A stretch of 64,000 nucleotides of DNA from Macrostomum lignano. Taxonomy: Eukaryota. Location: NCBI GenBank assembly GCA_002269645.1, contig NIVC01001071.1, positions 179,228 through 243,227 on the forward strand, read 5' to 3'. Under the pieces are notes generated by a model. That model was not told the DNA's origin, ran no database searches, and saw only the letters and a program-made list of their open reading frames with translations. Shown here in pieces: positions 35,245 through 49,304 of this stretch (position 1 is the first letter of the stretch; each line of letters starts with the position of its first letter). The translations under genes were made by a program, and so were the position numbers.

Positions 35245-36224
35245 TGTCTGCACTGTTGTAAACTCCTGTAAACTCCTGTAAACTCCTGTAAACTCCTGTA
35301 GGCTGAAACTATAATTTAGCTGTCATCTATATAGCCCTACAAGGGAAGTGTAATTAAGTTGTTGCTATGGTAACAAGGTTTATAGAAGCTCATTAATTAG
35401 TCAGTCCGAGAGTGAGTTCAGAGCAACTCTCAAGAACCCAATCGTGTAGTAGAGAGAATTCAAAGGAGTTTGCAGCAGCTGTACATTATAGTGTGCATCG
35501 AAAAGGCCACATTTTAATACTTATAGACAGCTGCAGGTTTGCGTTAATTATTTAACTGAGCGCGGAGACGGTCTTTCGTAACTGTAGCTGTGTAGTACAG
35601 AATATAACATTAGGATTATAACATGTGGGACATACGTACTATATTGCAGAGGTGCTTTCATGATATTAATAAATGATGTATTCCTGAGTAACCCCTAATG
35701 AAATAAGTTTACTTTAATCCAGAAGACTTTGAGACTCCACAAATAGTTTCTTACTTACTCTGAGTAACAGCTACTTAATTTGTAAAACAAAGGACATAAA
35801 CCCGTCTGGGAGCACATCAGGTTCTGCTAATGACGGATGTTGACCTACAGTACAATAACTGCAGTCGCTTGTCGAGTCATCATGAGCGCGACACACTTCA
35901 TAACACTCTGCTGGCAAGAAGCCCTTCTTTCTATAGACACCTTCCTCGTGAGCTGGTTGTCATAGGGGAATTGCGCGATGAAGACCCACCCACCGTCTGC
36001 ATATTGCGACATACATGTACAGCTGCATTACCGGCGAGTTTTGGGGAATGAGATCTATCGTATCCTGCACTCAGCTATTTGGTCAAGTGGCGATGCACGT
36101 ACCCCCTGTATAGAATTCGACCTTACATACATTTAACCTGCTTGCGTACAGTCTTCGACTACATCACATGAAACTCAACCGCTTAGGCGCCTTAAAATAG
36201 GTGGATCCCTGGGCGGGTCTATGA

Positions 36225-36416
36225 GAATTTCAATTCAAATCCAATCGGATTTGAAATCTAGTCTAGACTAGTTCTAATCTATAGTCTAGTTTTTAATCTA
36301 GTCTAGTTTGTGTCTAGTCTATTGACTCTCTAGTCTAGTCTAGTCTATATAGCTCCAATCTAGCTAGTCCCCCAGCATTGTCAGCTATATATTAGACTGG
36401 ATTTGACCTGAAATTC
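36225..36416. mobile_element. Possible small fold-back element
   Basis: 22-bp imperfect inverted repeats (gaatttcaattcaaatccaatc / gactggatttgacctgaaattc) enclose a tctag-rich core; no TSD seen. Confidence 0.3.
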
Positions 36417-39400
36417 CAACTGTAATTATAAAAACCCCGTGGGAAAACTTCCTGGGGCTGTGGAAAATTCTCGTGTTCCCGCGACTGGCTTGAGGGGATC
36501 CTTTATTGGTCCCCAATTAAGTTCTCTCAAGTTCTTAAGTGAAGATATACATGCATGTACATCATTTACATGTATAGCTCGAATGTTAAAAAGCATGCAT
36601 ATGGTAGCTTTATATGTTTCGTGATTTAAAACGAATATTTTTAGACCTTAATAATATTGATAGAACACAGCAGTTCCTAGGCCCCTCTAAAATAAAAAAG
36701 TTTTTCCCAATGCCCACAAGTAAGTCCCAACCTTCGATATCCAGGCCCGATCTCATCATCGGATGCCTCTACAGTAAATCCCTAAATCACGATAAATTGA
36801 AGAGGTACTACGAGTAGATTTGTCAAAATTTAACTATTTGAAATGAATTCCAGTGCTAACAGCTAAAATCTTTTAATTATTCTTATACTGTATTTTTATG
36901 GGTTTCATTTTTTCTTTCTCTTCTCTTCGTGTCGACTGTGCAATACTTTATACTTTCTTAACATACTGTGTTTTATATCGACAGATCGAACATATATAAA
37001 CTCCTTTTCTCCCTCTGCAAATAATAATTTCTCGTTTCAAAGTTCTTCGTTTTTCCCTATATTATTTTTTATACCGTGAAAATTTGCAACTTCAAATTTA
37101 ACTTTCATAGAAAACTTCTGAACCACCACACCAGGGTCGTTCTCAAAGCTAGGTCACAACTTTTTGTTATTGCAAAAAAAGTTTATACATCGACTAATAA
37201 TCGTACAAAAAAAATTCTTTCGACAATTTCTGTAAGAAGCTGCTACTAAAACCACAAGAAAACTTGAAATTGAGAAGAAATCAAGGCTATTTGTTATTCT
37301 TTGTTGCGGAAAATAAACGACAAAAATATTAAAAGAGAAAATAAAATTTTCTTCCATTTTTATTTTAAATATGCAGTTAAATTTCTTTTGCAAAAATAAA
37401 AGAACAAGAAATTGACAAAGGAAATGTTTTTGAGCACAGCATTTTGTTACTCTGCTCTAAATCCCAGACATTTAAAATTATCGTGTGCGAAAAAGTGCGA
37501 AATTATTATAGCATGCACTCGAAAGAACTTCGATCAGTTTAACTAATCACTGAATTAAGAAGTCTAAATAAGTCTTGAAAGTTTGAATTAAAAATCAAGT
37601 TTTCACTATGTATCTTTTCAAAGGCAAGATGATTCGACAAATAAAGAATGTTCATTTTTACCTTGAATAGAATTGTTCATTTTTACATTAAATATAATAA
37701 AATCTAACTAATAATAGAAAAAGTCAGGGAACTATCCTTGAACACCAAAGAGCACATTGTGGATTTAATATCGACTGCATGTTCCTTAATAAAGGAATTC
37801 GGATACTAGTATATATTTGATTATTTGTAGCATAATTTCTGAAAACTATAACTTGCTTGATTTTACTTTAAGTACTCATTACATTAATACTTATACCAAA
37901 GCTACATGTACTTAAAATAAAAAATTATAGTTACTTATTAGACATTTTACTCCAATTAACTTAAAATAATTCAAATTTATTTTAATTAATTCATTTTTTG
38001 AAACTTTTTGGAAAATAGACAAAATTGAATTATTTAATTACCAAAAACCTACTAGCTAAACTAAAATAGCAATTAGTCTTTAAGAAAAGATTTCACTTGT
38101 TAATTGAGAAAAATGAGGATGTGCGAGGTGTAAAAATGCGAAAGAGCATGCAGGAAACAGAGACAAACAAAAATGTAGGTAAAAGACACTGCACATGCAC
38201 ATAATATGATAACCAGACATAATGCGCACACTGAAACACCAGTAGCAATGACGCCCAAGCTTTTGATGATCACAAGCGAAAAGGCAAAACCCAGCCATCA
38301 ATCAAAGAAGTAGACTATAGCACGCATCTTGAGTGCATCACGCATTTTTTGCAGAGAAGCTCGAAAATTAACATTGTATTCTGTGCACAACCACCAACTG
38401 CGACAGAGTCTGCCGGGGGATTTGTGGGCACGCGGTCGCGGATACAAATCGGAGGAGTCGCTGACCATTCTGAAATTACTAGCTAGTACATGTAATTTTG
38501 TGTATTAATATATTTAGCCCGCTTTATTTCTATGCTCTCGTCCGCCTCTCGTTAATGCATCCCCAGACTCATGCAATAATCAAACTTATGATCGAACTAT
38601 GCATGGCTTCCGTCCCTCGCTTTGAATCTCTCACCTCCCCATAGTTCCATCAACCTTACCGTAGTGGCTTCCTATGCAAAAATCATCCCTCCGCATCTTA
38701 CACAGGCTACTTCAGGCTGTAGACTGTACGACACTATTAATTAGTTGCGCTAAGGAATCTACATGTATTTGCTCGCAGCGCAGCGCGCTGCTCAAATAAG
38801 TTTAGATCTATCTAGATATTCTAGTAATTTCAGGTTTGTCCATAGACTAGAGCTCATGAGATGAGAATTCCATTAACTAGTACATTTAATATGAATGAAC
38901 TGCGTGTGTGTGTGCTGTGCATACATATGTATAATATACGAGTAGTTTATGGGCCAAATTATTGTGTGGCACAATTCTTGGCATCACTCAGCAGGCACAA
39001 GATGCAGTTAAGCAGCGCACGAAAATTCTACAAAAGAAATTGAGCCTGGTTGAGGTGATGCGAGGAGGCAGATCCACACAATCTCAGTGAATACACCAGA
39101 CTGCACCAGATACGAGTCCAGTCGAATGTGCGCACTGGTCTAAGCAGCACACGCATGTCCTCCTGACAATGACGGCACCTAGCTTTGTCCAAGCCTTTGC
39201 CAGCGTCACTGACAGCGTCAATACTACCATGCAGTGCCATCTGCAGCACCGACAACGGCAATTCCTCCAGTTAGCCCACAACAGTGGCTAAACTGAGGGA
39301 CAGGGAACCTACCCGCAGAAGACACACACATACACACACAGCACCGGCAGCAGCACTCTGACAGCATAACCTAAAGCTCCATGAGCTCAGTTTTCAAGCA

Positions 39401-42400
39401 TTGAAGAAGCAGAAGCAGTCATCTTGAATCCAGGGATCAGGAAGAGTGTTGCATGTCCGACATGTGCTGTTTCCGTGGCAAAAGGTGATGGAGCAAATTA
39501 ATCAACACTTACTATCTAGCTCGTATTAAGACTAAAAAACTGAGGCAAGCTGGGATTAAACCAAAGAAAATTTTTTACTATACTTTTTTACCATACTTTT
39601 ACTATACTTTTATAGTATAGTAGAGAGGTACTCTATTTAAATGCAGTAAGAAGTGAAACAAACTTATATATTTAATTATTAAATTAAATTAATTCAAGGT
39701 AAATAACTAATTTAACCAATTTTTTAGGAGTATTTAATATTATAATAAATTGATTTTTATACCTTACACGAAATAAGCTCTACATTCATTTCTTAGCTTG
39801 GGGCCCATCTGTATAAGGTCAGTTTCTTCAAAATGCTGATTAATTAATTAAGGCCTGTTGTCTTTACTTAAATTTATAAGGGCATCTTAGAAGTTAATAT
39901 TACTATATAATACATGTATAATATTATTACTATATTATAATAATATAGTTGCAATTTTAATAACTATTGAATAAGTCTAAATGCTTCCCCTATTGACTCT
40001 AAATATATGGTATCTTTCCCTTCAGAAAAAATTAGCATAGAATGACTTGATGAAAACAAAAAAAATCATTTCGAGATACACATTTGCTGATCATTCAGGT
40101 CAAATTTCAAGGTCCAGTTTTGCACATGTTTCTCTGTAGCTTGGTTACAAGGATTCTAATAAAAATATAATAAATATGTCCAATGAACTAACTGATACAT
40201 AGCCAAATTGAAGTATTTTCAAAAACAAAAAAAATCATTTGCTCAGTTTACTTTACTGGATATCTGTGTAAAATTTCAGCTCAAAAGGTGCTCCATGGAG
40301 AATGCTAGTGTGGTTACAGGATATTTATTTTGTGCTTCAAAGTAGGAGTTTATTGCGATGCATGGTTGCTTTTAATTATTTTTATCAACAATAGTGCTCT
40401 ATTTCATAACAATTTTTTACAAAAAGATAATAAGACATGTTTTTCTAATTATCTGCATCAAAATGTATCATTTTAAGCGCACATTCTAGACGTCAGCTGA
40501 AAAATACATTTTGTGAGACGCAAAGAGGCTATCCCACCGGAAATGCTAGGCGTACAGTTAAGCGTCTATAAAATCATTTATAGTGCAGTTTATTAAGCTT
40601 TAAAAAAATCTTAAATTAAATTTATATAAGCTTTCATTTTAAATGTAATATAGCAAGTTTTCAACACAACAACAACTTTTTTTAGCTATAGACATCATAG
40701 TGTCAAAAATTAGGACATCGGTGAAGTGATTGAATTTGAATTTTTTCATCACCTAATATCGCCTAATACCGCAAGACAACTTAAAACACTTTTGCAACAT
40801 AAATTTCAACCCAAAAATTATCTTTATTCACGGATGAAAGTGTCCTATTATTTTCAATACGGCAGTAACAATAGTAAATGTTCGGAAAATTGTTAAAATT
40901 TTCGCTCCTCCCAGAATTTGAGAACGACCCACCACATTACTCAAGCTATAGGAGGAGGCCTACTCAGGTATTACTCTACTTAAGTAGTCCTTGTTATTAC
41001 CACGATACTACTTTCCCAGAAAAATAACTCAATCTGTCGGTTGATAGATTAGGCTAACTGATTAAACGGCTCTCTGCAACATTTAGGCCTACGTCTGACT
41101 CACTCTGACTGGCACTGGCTCAGCGAGCCTCGGCCGGCCCTCAGCCCTGATAGCAGACCGCAGTGACCCTCGTCCCTCGCTACACTGGACTGCATGTAGG
41201 CCTACTGTGCCTACTGTGACTTTCGTCTGCAACTGTTCACAGATAGCCAGCCTAGTATGTTGAATATCAATGGCCAAGGCCTATAGCTATAGTCTATATG
41301 TTTACTGCAATTTGACTGCTACCACGCCTACCAGCCAACCTGGGTGGGTTTTATGTCTAGCTTTGGAGTTTGGAGTCTGCTATTTAAAATCTAAAGTAGC
41401 TAGTGATAAGCCAAGCCAAGACAGTGTGTGGCTATGTTATTAGCCCCCCCCAAGCAGTCTATTTTATTAATTGGATGCCATTCTGCTTGCTTACTTTTTG
41501 GGACTAGGCCTAGACTGGACTGGAGTAAAATTTGGTGTGTACTATGTATTTTGCAACCAGTAATTGTGTTTTTGTGGCTATTGGCTAGCCTAGACTAGGC
41601 CTAGACTAGACTAAATTTCTGATTAGATAAGATATCTAGGCCTAATACTATAGTCAGTTGTTAGTAGAGCCTCTAGACTTATTTTGAATTCACATTGCCA
41701 GTTTGGCCACACCTTTTCTTGTTTACAGTTATATTTTAGATAAGCCTAGGCCTAGGCTAGGCCTAATATAGTATTTAATATTTGGAATAATAAGTTTAGA
41801 TTAGGGCTAGACTAAGTTTACAATGCTAAATTAAATAATAATCTTATCAACCAAGTTAAAGCTAGAAGAGCTAAAAGAGAGACATGAAAAGCTTATTTTA
41901 TTGTTGCTACTTTCCTGTTTAGTTTCTAGTTTATTTACACATTTCTCATTTGCTATTTAGCTCTCTTTGTTTACTTTGTCTTAATAAATAGAGTTCAAAC
42001 CTCTTTTTCTCTATTGATCTCTTACCTTTTCCTTTTGTTTTGATTGGTTGATCTCTCATTCTTCTTTAAGCCTTATTCTCTCGCCTATTGCATACTCTAC
42101 CCTTTTCATTTTGTTAGCCAACCCCTTTAGTTTAGCCTTAAACCCACCCCTTGTTATATATAACAATACTGCTATAAATATAGAGTTCAGGGCTTCTAGT
42201 CTTTTCACTGAGTATCTAAGTATTAAAGTAATGGCTATCTGCAGGCTACCTAGAAATATAGTTGTTTGCTATTTTCTCGACAGTTAATATTATATATTTC
42301 ATATAGTTTTACAAGAGAACCTATTTAAGATTATTATTTTCTAATCCTATTTATTACTTTTACTAGTCTAATAAGCCTAGTAGTATAAAAAATTTTAATT

Positions 42401-42802
42401 CTTTTAGACAAGTCAATTAAAGCTAATTTAATAATAAAAAGAATAGCTAGGTCTTATGTCTTGGCTTGTCATACTATGATATTATGACTTATAGTATTAA
42501 AATGCCTAAGTGCCAGTTGTTTTGTCTGCCAATAGCTTGTCTACCAAGTAGACAGAAAGTTTTCTCTTTCTAAAACTATTTGTCAACTGGGAAATAAGCG
42601 TGCAGAAGTTTGAAATAAGGTAGAAGCTGCCTAAAAATCTCTTCATTGATATTGTTAAAATGCTTAGAGATTAGTCTCTTTGAAAATGACTATCTACACT
42701 TATTTTATAGACATGCCATTAAGGAGAAAAGTTTTAGAGAAAGGGAGAGGCAAGATAGTATCAAGAGATGAGAGGTGAGATGTTAATATCCTTTAACATA
42801 GA

Positions 42803-43125
42803 ATTTGTTGTAGCCTAGTGGTTAAAGAGTCAGAGTCACAACTTGAAGGTTGGGAGTTTGATTCCTAATCCCATTGGAACAATTTGTATCCTTGAGCAAA
42901 ACACTTAACTCTGCATTGCTTCAGTTCACCTAGCCATTAAATGGGTGCCAGCATTAGCTAGGATAATTGAGGATGTGTGGTAACCCCCCTCCCCCCTAGT
43001 CTATGGACTAAATAGCTGTATGCAGCCTTTAGATACCCCAGGCAATAGCTGCAGCTAAGCTGTTGGCTACACATCTGGCCTAATTGGGGTAGCTATAATC
43101 AGTTATCATTATTATTATATTATTT
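42803..43125 (+). mobile_element. Decayed tRNA-derived SINE
   Basis: A-box-like gtagcctagtggtt, B-box-like gggagtttgattcc, conserved-core-like tccttgagcaaaacacttaac...taaatggg, and a (tat)n tail. Confidence 0.6.
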
Positions 43126-43734
43126 AACATCCTAAAAACAGACAATGAAAACAAAAGTTAGGTCTTATAAACAAAAATATCATAGAAGCTCAACCATTTC
43201 ATGAATAGGAGCTTGTATTTATTATTATGCATATAATGTTTTTTGTACTTTAAGGATTGGCTTTTAAAAATATTAACTGCACAAGCAGACCTAAGCAAGG
43301 TTCCAACTTAGCCCATTAGCCCCAAAGTGACTACATTTGGAGTCTACACCTTTGGTATATTACCACAATTTGACACTGACATTTTTTGACAAAATTTGAT
43401 AATGAATAAAAGTTTTTTTGCTATTGTTTTTGGGTAATTAATATAGTTTTAGGATAGAACATTAGAGCACAGTATATGCCTCTATTATGGCAAAAGTAAA
43501 ATACTTTTTTCTGTGTAACATACTGTTTTATACTCAGAATTAAGATGGGATTCAAGGGTTAATTTCGATAACTATAACTATAGAAATTTAGCAGCTGTCA
43601 TTGGTAGATAGTTATTTTTATCATAAATATTGAATGCTAATAAATACTTTGATATTGACTAATTCAACAAAGTTTATTTGTTAAAAAATTAATATTAGCA
43701 GATTTCTAAACAAAAATGCTTGAAATTATTGCAG

Positions 43735-45455
43735 GAGGGCGAACGCACTCGCGTCCTGATAACTGGAGCCTCCGGCCTTCTTGGCCGAGCTGTCAATCAT
43801 GAGCTGCAGCAGCACAAAGATCAATTCGAAACCCTGGGCCTGTGCTTCTCTCGCCAGATCGAAGGCCTGACCCAGTGCGATCTGACCTCAATTGAGGACA
43901 CTCTGCGCATTGTCACGCAGAGCAAGCCGCATCTGGTTGTTCATTGTGCAGCCGAGCGGCGCCCGGATATTGTTGAGAAACAGCCGGATAGGGCTAAGCA
44001 GCTCAATGATGGAGCTACAGAGAGGCTGTGCCAGCTGGCTGAGGAATGCGGGGCTACCATGCTGTTCATCAGCACCGATTATGTCTTCGACGGCAAGAAC
44101 CCGCCGTACGACGAGAAAAGCAAGCCGTCGCCTCTCAATGCCTACGGCGAAAGTAAAGTCAGGTAACTTCTGGCTGGTTATAGATTGATAGGTGTATTGA
44201 TAAGGTTGATAGATTTATTGATAGCTTGATAGATTTATTGATAGGGTTGATAGATGTATTGATAGGGTTGATAGATGTATTGATAGCTTGATAGATGTAT
44301 TGATAGGGTTGATAGATGTATTGATAGGTTGATAGATGTATTGATTGGTTGATAGATGTATTGATAGGTTGATAGATGTGTTGATAGGTTGATAGATGTA
44401 TTGATAACTTGATAGATGCACTGATGAATTGATATATCAGTTGATAGCTTGATTGACAGGTGTTCTCGTTCTCTTAATCCACTATTTTCTTTTGTGTCAA
44501 CCCATCGCTAATCGTTTTTTGCTTTCCATTCCCCCTCCGTCTCATTCCCAAACCTATTTTGAAAATTTAGACTAGATTTTAAAAAAATTTAATCCCTTAA
44601 TTTTTCTAGTCGAAATCACACAAACAACCCATTCTGCCACTGCTCACCCTTCGCCTTGTGGGATTGACCTTCGTAAGCTTAAATCGCATAAGATCCAGTC
44701 CGTCACGTCCCAAAGCAAACCCACAAAAATAAAAAAATTGTTTATTCCAATTTTTTCAACAAAAGCGTTTAACGGCCTTTCAGCACCATAAAAATGCATT
44801 CAAACATTCTTAAGCCAAATTTTTTCAAAATACCTTTCGAACTCTTGCAATGCAGTTTAGAATGTTTTACATTTTGGCGCGAGTTTGAAAACATATTTAG
44901 CTACCCATCCACTAGTTATAAAGATTTCGATACTTATCGGCTCCAATATCATCCAATGCATTGCTTTGAAAATCAATCAGATGCGAACAGGAGGTGCTCC
45001 GCCGGCGCCGGAATCTGGTGCTGCGGGTGCCAGTGCTGTACGGGGATACCGCCGATGTGAACGAATCTGCTGTCACGTGCCTGTTCGCCCTGGTGAAGGC
45101 CGGTGTGCCATGCACCATCGACCACATCGCCAAGCGCTATCCGACCCATTGCGCCGATGTGGCCAACGTAGTTCGCCACCTGTCGCTCAGGGCCGGTCGC
45201 ATCGACGGCGGAGTTTATCATTTCTCTGGCAACGAGTGCTTGACCAAGTACGAGATGTGTCTGGCCATGGGCCGTGTGTTTGGGCTGAGCACTGACCACG
45301 TGGCTCCGCAGGTGGAGCCGGACTCGAGCGCCACGCTGCGCCCAGTTGATGCCAGGTTGAGCTGCCAACGACTGGAGGCCACGCTGGGACCCGAGGCTGT
45401 TCAACGGCGAAGCTTTGAGGAGGGCATTCGCCAGTGCCTGGCCAAGTTTGTGTGA
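43735..45455 (+). CDS. MAT2B: Methionine adenosyltransferase 2 beta subunit-like / RmlD-family SDR (exons 43735-44162 and 44981-45455; initiator not visible)
   Basis: VLITGASGLLG, HCAAERRPD, ISTDYVFDG, YGESK (YxxxK), LRVPVLYG and RPVDARLSC. A phase-2 intron joins KVR-CEQEVL. Confidence 0.85.
44185..44420. repeat. Intronic minisatellite, ~20-bp unit (gatagatgtattgataggtt)
   Basis: Directly visible just after the donor. Confidence 0.9.
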
Positions 45456-46126
45456 CAATTCAGGTGAATCTGACGCATCAAATGGTGACAGGATCAGTTT
45501 TCGATACATATCGGGAGACTCTTTGTCGTAGTTTGCTTAGCCTGGTTTTTTGGTGATTTGTTTATTACTTTAATAACTTAACCATGTCAATAACATACTG
45601 CTTGTAGTAGTTGAAAAGTAGTTTGATTTCTTAAATTTGTCAAACCAGTTCCTATAATATGGTCCTTATTATGATTCCATAATTAATTATGCCACACATG
45701 CTGACCAGCTGCTTAAAGCCCATTGACCGGTTAATTGAAATTGATTTTAGTTTTCACTTTATAATTTTCTGGCTGCTCTTCTCAGCAATAATATCTATAT
45801 TTCTGTTTTTCATTACTGCATGAAATAATAAGCGCTTTGATGCCTGTCTATCAAATGATTTACACATTAGAGCCTTCTTAACAAGCTTCAGTTAAAGCAT
45901 TAAAACTAAGAAAAATTTACTACTTACTATCCTTTTTTGGGTTTAAATTAAAAAAAATACTTCAAAATGCGCACTCACCTACTTACCAACAGTTTTCAGT
46001 AGAGAATAGCGTAAAATGCTTTATTTTCTCGGCATATAACAAAAAAAGTTTATTTGATCTGAATAGCTGCATGATTTTAAGAAGTTTTAGGTCCAGAGGA
46101 AAAAACCGGAGTTATTAGTTCCGTTA

Positions 46127-48841
46127 TCAAACTCCCTCGCAGCTCCATCGCTGCAGACGAGGATCAAATAGCATCAGAATTGGCTGTTTAGCATAGCGAC
46201 ACGGCTGCGTCAGGCAGAGCGTCAGCTTCAGTCCCGGCTCGCCGTAGTGGCCCATGAAAGTCATGGCCAGGGTGACCTTGCAGGGCAGCGATTGCGGCAG
46301 GCGCACCTGAAACTCAGTCGATCGAGCGCAGGTCCGCCTGTCGAAGTCTCCGAGCAGAATCTCTTTGGCTTCTCTATTGCCGTCTTGGACAAGGTGAACC
46401 GACAGCTTCTGGAACACCGTGGCCGGTGTGTTGTCGGCTTCGACGCAGCCGAATGTGGCCACCAGTGCCGATTTGTCGCCCTTCTCGTCGCCTGTCGGTT
46501 GGTGAACATCGACGCGAAGTCGACGACGTAGCTGCCAGGCGGGCAGTTGGATGCCGAGGCGGCTGCAGACGCGAGTCATGAGCTCGTCTGTGCGGCCGTA
46601 AATGCGCAGGCTGCTCAGGGAGTCCAACGGCGTATTCTGGGCAGGACGGAGTTGGGGAAACTGGGGGAACTGCATCTAAGGCCCTGAGGCTTATCTTCTA
46701 AGGCCTGAGGTTTATAATCTAGAGGTAGATGTAGACGCGTAGTACATGAAAAATAGGATCTACATTAATGTACATGTACCTCTAAGGGAATCGTCTATGG
46801 TCTGAGATGTCACTAGGGTATGTGCTAGGGTCTGGGGTGTCTGTGGTATGTGCTAGTAGGGTCTGGGGTGTCTGTGGTATGTGCTAGTAGGGTCTGGGGT
46901 GTCTGTGGTATGTGCTAGTAGGGTCTGGGGTGTCTGTGGTATGTGCTAGTAGGGTCTGGGGTGTCTGTGGTATGTGCTAGTAGGGTCTGGGGTGTCTGTG
47001 GTATGTGCTAGTAGGGTCTGGGGTGTCTGTGGTATGTGCTAGTAGGGTCTGGGGTGTCTGTGGTATGTGCTAGGGTCTGGGGTGTCTCATGTGCAACCTG
47101 GGCGCACCCTCACCTGCAGGTTGCAGATGACCAGCTTGGCGCCTCTCTCGGCCGCCTCCTCCGGCATGTTGGCCGCAGGCGTGACAGTCAGGGAGGAGCC
47201 GAGGCAGAGGACCAGATCGGCGGCGTGGCAGTGCTCGAATCCCATTCGCATCGGCTTCTCGGGCAGGGATTCGCCGAAGTTCACGACGCTGTCGAGCAGC
47301 GCGCCAGAGCAGACTGGGCAGGCTCGGCCCGTCTGGTGCTCGTGCACTTTACCGCTGGTGCGCACGTGAAAGTCGCGCAGGTACTGGAGACCGCAGCCGG
47401 AGCACAGCTCCAGGTTGGAGTTGCCGTGCAGCTCGGCAAGGCGGTCCGGCGGGAATCCCGACCTGCGGTGCAGGCCGTCGCAGTTCTGACTGATGAGCAG
47501 TTTGAGGTGGCCAGAGTTGGCCAGGGCCACCAGAGCCATGTGGGTTGGGGTCGGCATTGCGCTGGTGGTGCTGACTCCGCGCGGGGCCTCGCGCCCCTGA
47601 GCGCGCCTGGTCCAGACGCCGTCAGGGCCGCGAAAGTCTGGGATGCCTGGATTAACGAATAAACAAAATTGCGTTTTATAAAGATTGCTATCGATACATA
47701 TCGGCAAAATAAAACTTTTTATGCTCACAATGTGAAAAAATGATTCTTGGCGCCAATTCTGATGCTAGTGAGTGGCGCCAACTCTGATGCTAGTGAATGG
47801 CGCCAACTCTGATGCTAGTGAGTGGCGCCAATTCTGATGCTATAGTGAGTGGCGCCAATTCAGATGATAGTTAGTGAGTGACGCCAATTCTGATGCTAGT
47901 GAGTGGCGCCAATTCTGATGATAGTTAGTGAGTGGCGCCAATTCTGATGCTAGTGAGTGGCACCAATTCTGATGATAATTAGTGAGTGGCGCCAATTCTG
48001 ATGCTATAGTGAGTGGCGCCAATTCTGATGCTAGTGAGTGGCGCCAACTATGATGCTAGTGAGTGACGCCAATTCTGATGCTATTGAGTGGCGCCAATTC
48101 TGATGCTAGTGAGTGGCGCCAATTCTGATGATAGTTAGTGAGTGGCGCCAATTCTGATGCTAGTGAGTGGCACCAATTCTGATGCTAGTGAGTGGCACCA
48201 ATTCTGATGCTAGTGAGTGGCGCCAATTCTGATGATAGTTAGTGAGTGGCGCCAATTCTGATGCTAGTGAGTGGCGCCAATTCTGATGATAGTTAGTGAG
48301 TGGCGCCAATTCTGATGCTAGTGAGTGGCACCAATTCTGATGATAATTAGTGAGTGGCGCCAATTCTGATGCTATAGTGAGTGGCGCCAATTCTGATGCT
48401 AGTGAGTGGCGCCAACTATGATGCTAGTGAGTGGCGCCAATTCTGATGCTAGTGAGTGGCGCCAACTATGATGCTAGTGAGTGGCGCCAATTCTGATGCC
48501 AGTGAGTGGCGCCAACTATGATGCTAGTGAGTGGCGCCAATTCTGATGCTAGTGAGTGGCGCCAACTATGATGCTAGTGAGTGGCGCCAATTCTGATGCT
48601 AGTGCAGAGTGGCGCTAAATCTGATTGAGAGTACAGTAAACGTAAAAACACAAACTACAGAATCTGAGACATGGACATCGCGCTCACCAGCAGAGGTGCT
48701 GATTCCAGCGCCTGTGAAAGCCACAAAGTGCTTAGCCGATCGGATTAATTCGGCCAACTGATCCGCCTGAGCATTGAGCACCTCGTCTGTAGAACTCTGC
48801 TCCTTCAACTGTTCGGGATCTTTGTGCGCGCTGAATGCCAT
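46127..48841 (-). CDS. Class IV (SIRT6/7-like) NAD-dependent sirtuin (exons 48841-48688, 47646-47114, 46636-46127; ~398 aa)
   Basis: [31 protein letters not shown], ELHGN, two CxxC Zn pairs, NFGE, GSSL and CNLQ-NTPLD...LRIYG. Frame-consistent GT-AG junctions. Confidence 0.9.
46825..47087. repeat. Intronic minisatellite, 31-bp unit (gggtctggggtgtctgtggtatgtgctagta)
   Basis: About 8 copies. Confidence 0.95.
47750..48603. repeat. Intronic minisatellite, ~25-bp unit (gagtggcgccaattctgatgctagt) with 27/29-bp variants
   Basis: About 33 copies. Confidence 0.96.
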
Positions 48842-49304
48842 GATGTTGGTAAAACACTGAGTTCAGTTGAGAATTTGATTTTGCTTTTGTGTTTGAAGCT
48901 CATCTCCAGCCGGAGGGGTTTTATACACGAAAATTTACTGTGTAGCCTAGCCTCAATTGCGCCATTCTGAGTCAGACTCACCTGACCAGACCAGACCCTA
49001 AAACGTACGGAGTACGTGGACACGGGACTTGCGAGGCATCAGGGGGAGGTTAGAGGTTTGCACTTTCAGTTGAGCTATTTTTAGCTATAAGGATTCATTG
49101 TGTACAGGCTACAGCAACACGAGCCTGTACTAACTGCAGTACATTGTCGCTGAGAATACATAACAGAGTGCTTTTCTGCACACTGTACTCTGCGTGCACA
49201 CGCCTTTACCTATAAATGGATCTAGAGATAATGACAAATAAATTAATTGGCATGATTAAATTGCTATGAGTAAGCTATTGGCAAACTGTTTCACAGATTT
49301 GAAA

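Noticed and set aside
39028-39281. GC-richer patch with Cys-rich short ORFs
   Set aside because: No motif or consistent frame; probably a decayed repeat.
43735-48841. Convergent MAT2B-sirtuin pair as a SAM/NAD metabolic cluster
   Set aside because: Adjacency alone is not evidence in a eukaryote; tail-to-tail orientation gives no shared promoter.
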